Assembly (NCBI GenBank): GCA_042408215.1
Contig: JAYFMW010000004.1
Coordinates: 1 to 28,213 of the forward strand
Source of the DNA: Microcoleus sp.
GTDB taxonomy: Bacteria > Cyanobacteriota > Cyanobacteriia > Cyanobacteriales > Microcoleaceae
Reading direction: 5' to 3'
Length of the DNA stretch: 28,213 nucleotides
The notes under the pieces are model-generated. The model searched no databases. It was given only the letters and a program-made list of their open reading frames with translations, and was not told where the DNA came from. The position numbers were made by a program, and so were the translations under genes. The first letter of the stretch is position 1. Each line of letters begins with the position of its first letter. Of this stretch, positions 26,042 to 28,213 are shown one piece after another.

Positions 26042-26716
26042 ATGAAAGCAGTTATTTTATTATCAGGAGGGCTGGATTCCTCAACAGTTTTGTATCAAGC
26101 CAAAGCCGACGGCTGCGAGTGTTACGCGATTTCCTTTGACTACAAGCAAAGACACCGGCGGGAGTTGGAATCAGCAAGGGCGATCGCACTTTCGGCAGGT
26201 GTTAAGGCGCATCAGATAGTCAACTTTGATTTGACGCTTTGGGGAGGTTCGGCTTTGACGGATAATCAGATCGAATTGCCGATCGATCGCAGTCTCACAG
26301 AAATGTCCCAAAACATCCCAATTACCTACGTTCCTGCTAGAAATACGATATTTCTCAGTTTTGCCCTAGCCTACGCCGAAACCCTAGGAGCTCAGCGAAT
26401 TTACATCGGCGTCAACGCTTTAGATTATTCCGGCTATCCCGACTGTCGCCTCGATTATATCCAAGCCATGCAGGAAGTATTTCGGTTGGGAACAAAGCAG
26501 GGAAGGGAAGGAGAACCTATTAATATTATAACACCTTTGATTGAACTTAAAAAGACAGAAATTATTCAATTGGGTAACAAATTAGGAGTGCCTTGGGAGC
26601 AAACTTGGTCTTGCTACGCCGGCGGAGAAAATGCGTGCGGCGTTTGCGATTCTTGTCGGCTGCGGCTGGCGGCTTTTGAAGAATTGGGATTAAAAGATCC
26701 GGTGCCTTACGCTTAA
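26042..26716 (+). CDS. queC: 7-cyano-7-deazaguanine synthase
   Basis: LLSGGLDS, TYVPARN, DYSGYPDCR, TWSCY, CGVCDSCRLR motifs. Confidence 0.97.
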   Translation: MKAVILLSGGLDSSTVLYQAKADGCECYAISFDYKQRHRRELESARAIALSAGVKAHQIVNFDLTLWGGSALTDNQIELPIDRSLTEMSQNIPITYVPARNTIFLSFALAYAETLGAQRIYIGVNALDYSGYPDCRLDYIQAMQEVFRLGTKQGREGEPINIITPLIELKKTEIIQLGNKLGVPWEQTWSCYAGGENACGVCDSCRLRLAAFEELGLKDPVPYA

Positions 26717-26767
26717 ATATGGCTGACGCGCGGGTAGTCAGAAACCGGGTTTTTTCGCGAGAAATCA

Positions 26768-26829
26768 GGACACGGCAGTGCCGTGTCCCTACAATTAATC
26801 TGGAGTAGGGAAACGGCACTGCCGTGTCC
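26768..26829. repeat. Inverted GTAG-REP doublet (REPIN/BIME-like)
   Basis: GGACACGGCAGTGCCGTGTCCCTAC ... GTAGGGAAACGGCACTGCCGTGTCC. Confidence 0.75.
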
Positions 26830-26924
26830 TCTCTATCATTTCGGCGCAGCCGGAATTGATATAAGTCCTGTCTGACTAAAATTTGAAAAATTGATTGTTA
26901 ATTAGTTTTGAATCAGCAGGCTGC

Positions 26925-27437
26925 TTATTTAGCTTTCGGCTCATCCTCAACTTCCGGTTGACCCTGGTCTTCCTGTCCAAACTTAATTTCATTTTGCAGC
27001 GCATTCAATGGCACTAAAAGCATATCAGCTATTTGCGATTGTCCTCTAGCCCTGTAGATATCTATCGCTTTCTGAAAATCTTCTACTCCCCCATGTAGGT
27101 TTCCTAATAAAGTTTGAGCATCAGCGCGAACCATATGCGCTTCGGGAAAGCTAGGATTGAGATTAATTGCTTGAGTTAAAAGTTCAACTGATTCTTTATA
27201 TTTTCCTTGGCGACCGAGGTCGAACCCTTGTTGATAAAGTTCTTGAGCTTTCATCGCATTCCTTAATTTCTGCTGTTCATCATGCTTACATAAAGGATCG
27301 AGTCTATTTACTTGACCTGATGAATCAAGTATAAAGCACCCTGGCTGTTCCTGAGCATTCGCTATAGTCTGAAAAAGAGCTAGAGACGCAATAATGACAG
27401 AAGAAAAAGCAGAAATTAAGTAGGGGTGTTTCAGCAT
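26925..27437 (-). CDS. Secreted TPR protein
   Basis: Signal peptide (ANA-Q), GCFILDSSGQVNRLDPLC two-cysteine motif, TPR helices (AINLNPSFPEAH, DFQKAIDIY). Confidence 0.8.
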   Translation of the reverse strand: MLKHPYLISAFSSVIIASLALFQTIANAQEQPGCFILDSSGQVNRLDPLCKHDEQQKLRNAMKAQELYQQGFDLGRQGKYKESVELLTQAINLNPSFPEAHMVRADAQTLLGNLHGGVEDFQKAIDIYRARGQSQIADMLLVPLNALQNEIKFGQEDQGQPEVEDEPKAK

Positions 27438-27579
27438 TATTGGTACTGTTTAAATATTATTTATTATAGATGTTTACCATGATTGCTTCGTTTCACTCGC
27501 CATCACGGAGAGGTTAGCCATAAAGGGGATATCTAACCCGGATTTTGGGTCATTCATAGTTTACTTAATGGTGAAAATT

Positions 27580-28195
27580 ATGTCTATTGAACAGCGCCGG
27601 GGTATTGAAACAATTGACAGAAACCAAAATCTACTTCTCGTTCGCGCTCCTATTGAGTCAGTAGCCCAAAGGCTTAGTAGGGCGAGACGTGCGGATGTCT
27701 GGGAACGGGATATCTACGATCGCCCCATCGAAATTACCGCCGAAAGCTATATTGTTTTTCAGTTCCGGGGACACCCTTGGACGATCGTTGAGCAACTGAA
27801 TCATAAGCCCGGTTCCCTTGTATTTGGAGTAGGAGATGCTCTCACCCTTTCCTGGTTCCTATCCACTCGCGCCATCTACTACAAATGCAGCGACACTTGT
27901 GGTTACATTGGTTATAACTGCTATGACGGAGGTGCATTTGCAGAGATGCTGTACTTTGAAGCAGAAATGGATCTCCTATTCCTCTCTGACTTTCGTGAGG
28001 TTAAAGCTGAGGACATTGACGATGCCCTTCAACTTTACTTTCGCTTTTATGCAGGAGCAAGATATCTATATTCCCTACGCACATTACGAAAATGTGAAGA
28101 TTGGCGATCGCATTAATTTACGTCCCAAAGGCCCGACGTTAGATGATTTAGTACGCAGCGACTTCGAGGGAGTAGATTATATAGGCATTCGCTAA
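27580..28195 (+). pseudogene. Hypothetical protein split by a probable +1 frameshift near 28025
   Basis: Frame A reads to ..EDIDDA; removing one C of GATGCCCTTC continues FNFTFAFMQEQDIYIP..DFEGVDYIGIR* in the overlapping ORF. Confidence 0.55.
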
Positions 28196-28213
28196 AATAT
28201 GCTCAACTAGAAA

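Noticed and set aside
26042..26716. queC as part of a QatABCD/Dpd or CBASS-type defence system
   Set aside because: It is a canonical-length housekeeping QueC with no TatD, ATPase or dpd neighbours.
1..28213. Frequent GCGATCGC octamers
   Set aside because: HIP1 is a normal genome-wide cyanobacterial feature; used only for taxonomic inference.

Overview
Chromosomal window from a filamentous cyanobacterium (Oscillatoriales/Microcoleus-like, inferred from abundant HIP1 GCGATCGC, heptamer STRR tracts and typical MITE/REP repeats). The core genes are an intron-less tRNA-Leu(UAA), ndhL-DUF3007-trpA, an NAD salvage operon (pncB-nadD-nrtR-chorismate mutase/PchB-like-nadE) with an NrtR box, a phytol/polyprenol kinase, two glycosyltransferases, TPR proteins and queC. 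The most striking layer is RNA-guided (OMEGA-type) mobile DNA. A TnpA-less IS607-like tnpB element with a rearranged RuvC is inserted in the last codons of trpA. A 262-bp internally deleted sibling at 20695-20956 keeps only the left end and the predicted omega-RNA scaffold, with a different guide. Two HEARO/IscB-type omega-RNA elements carry no iscB gene. The window also holds an orphan Csx3/Crn3 ring nuclease, an RTX-DUF192 fusion, a tandem two-domain class III nucleotide cyclase with non-canonical specificity residues in its second domain, and a jointly decayed URC1-like/codA pyrimidine gene pair. All calls come from reading the sequence and recalling family motifs; no searches were run.
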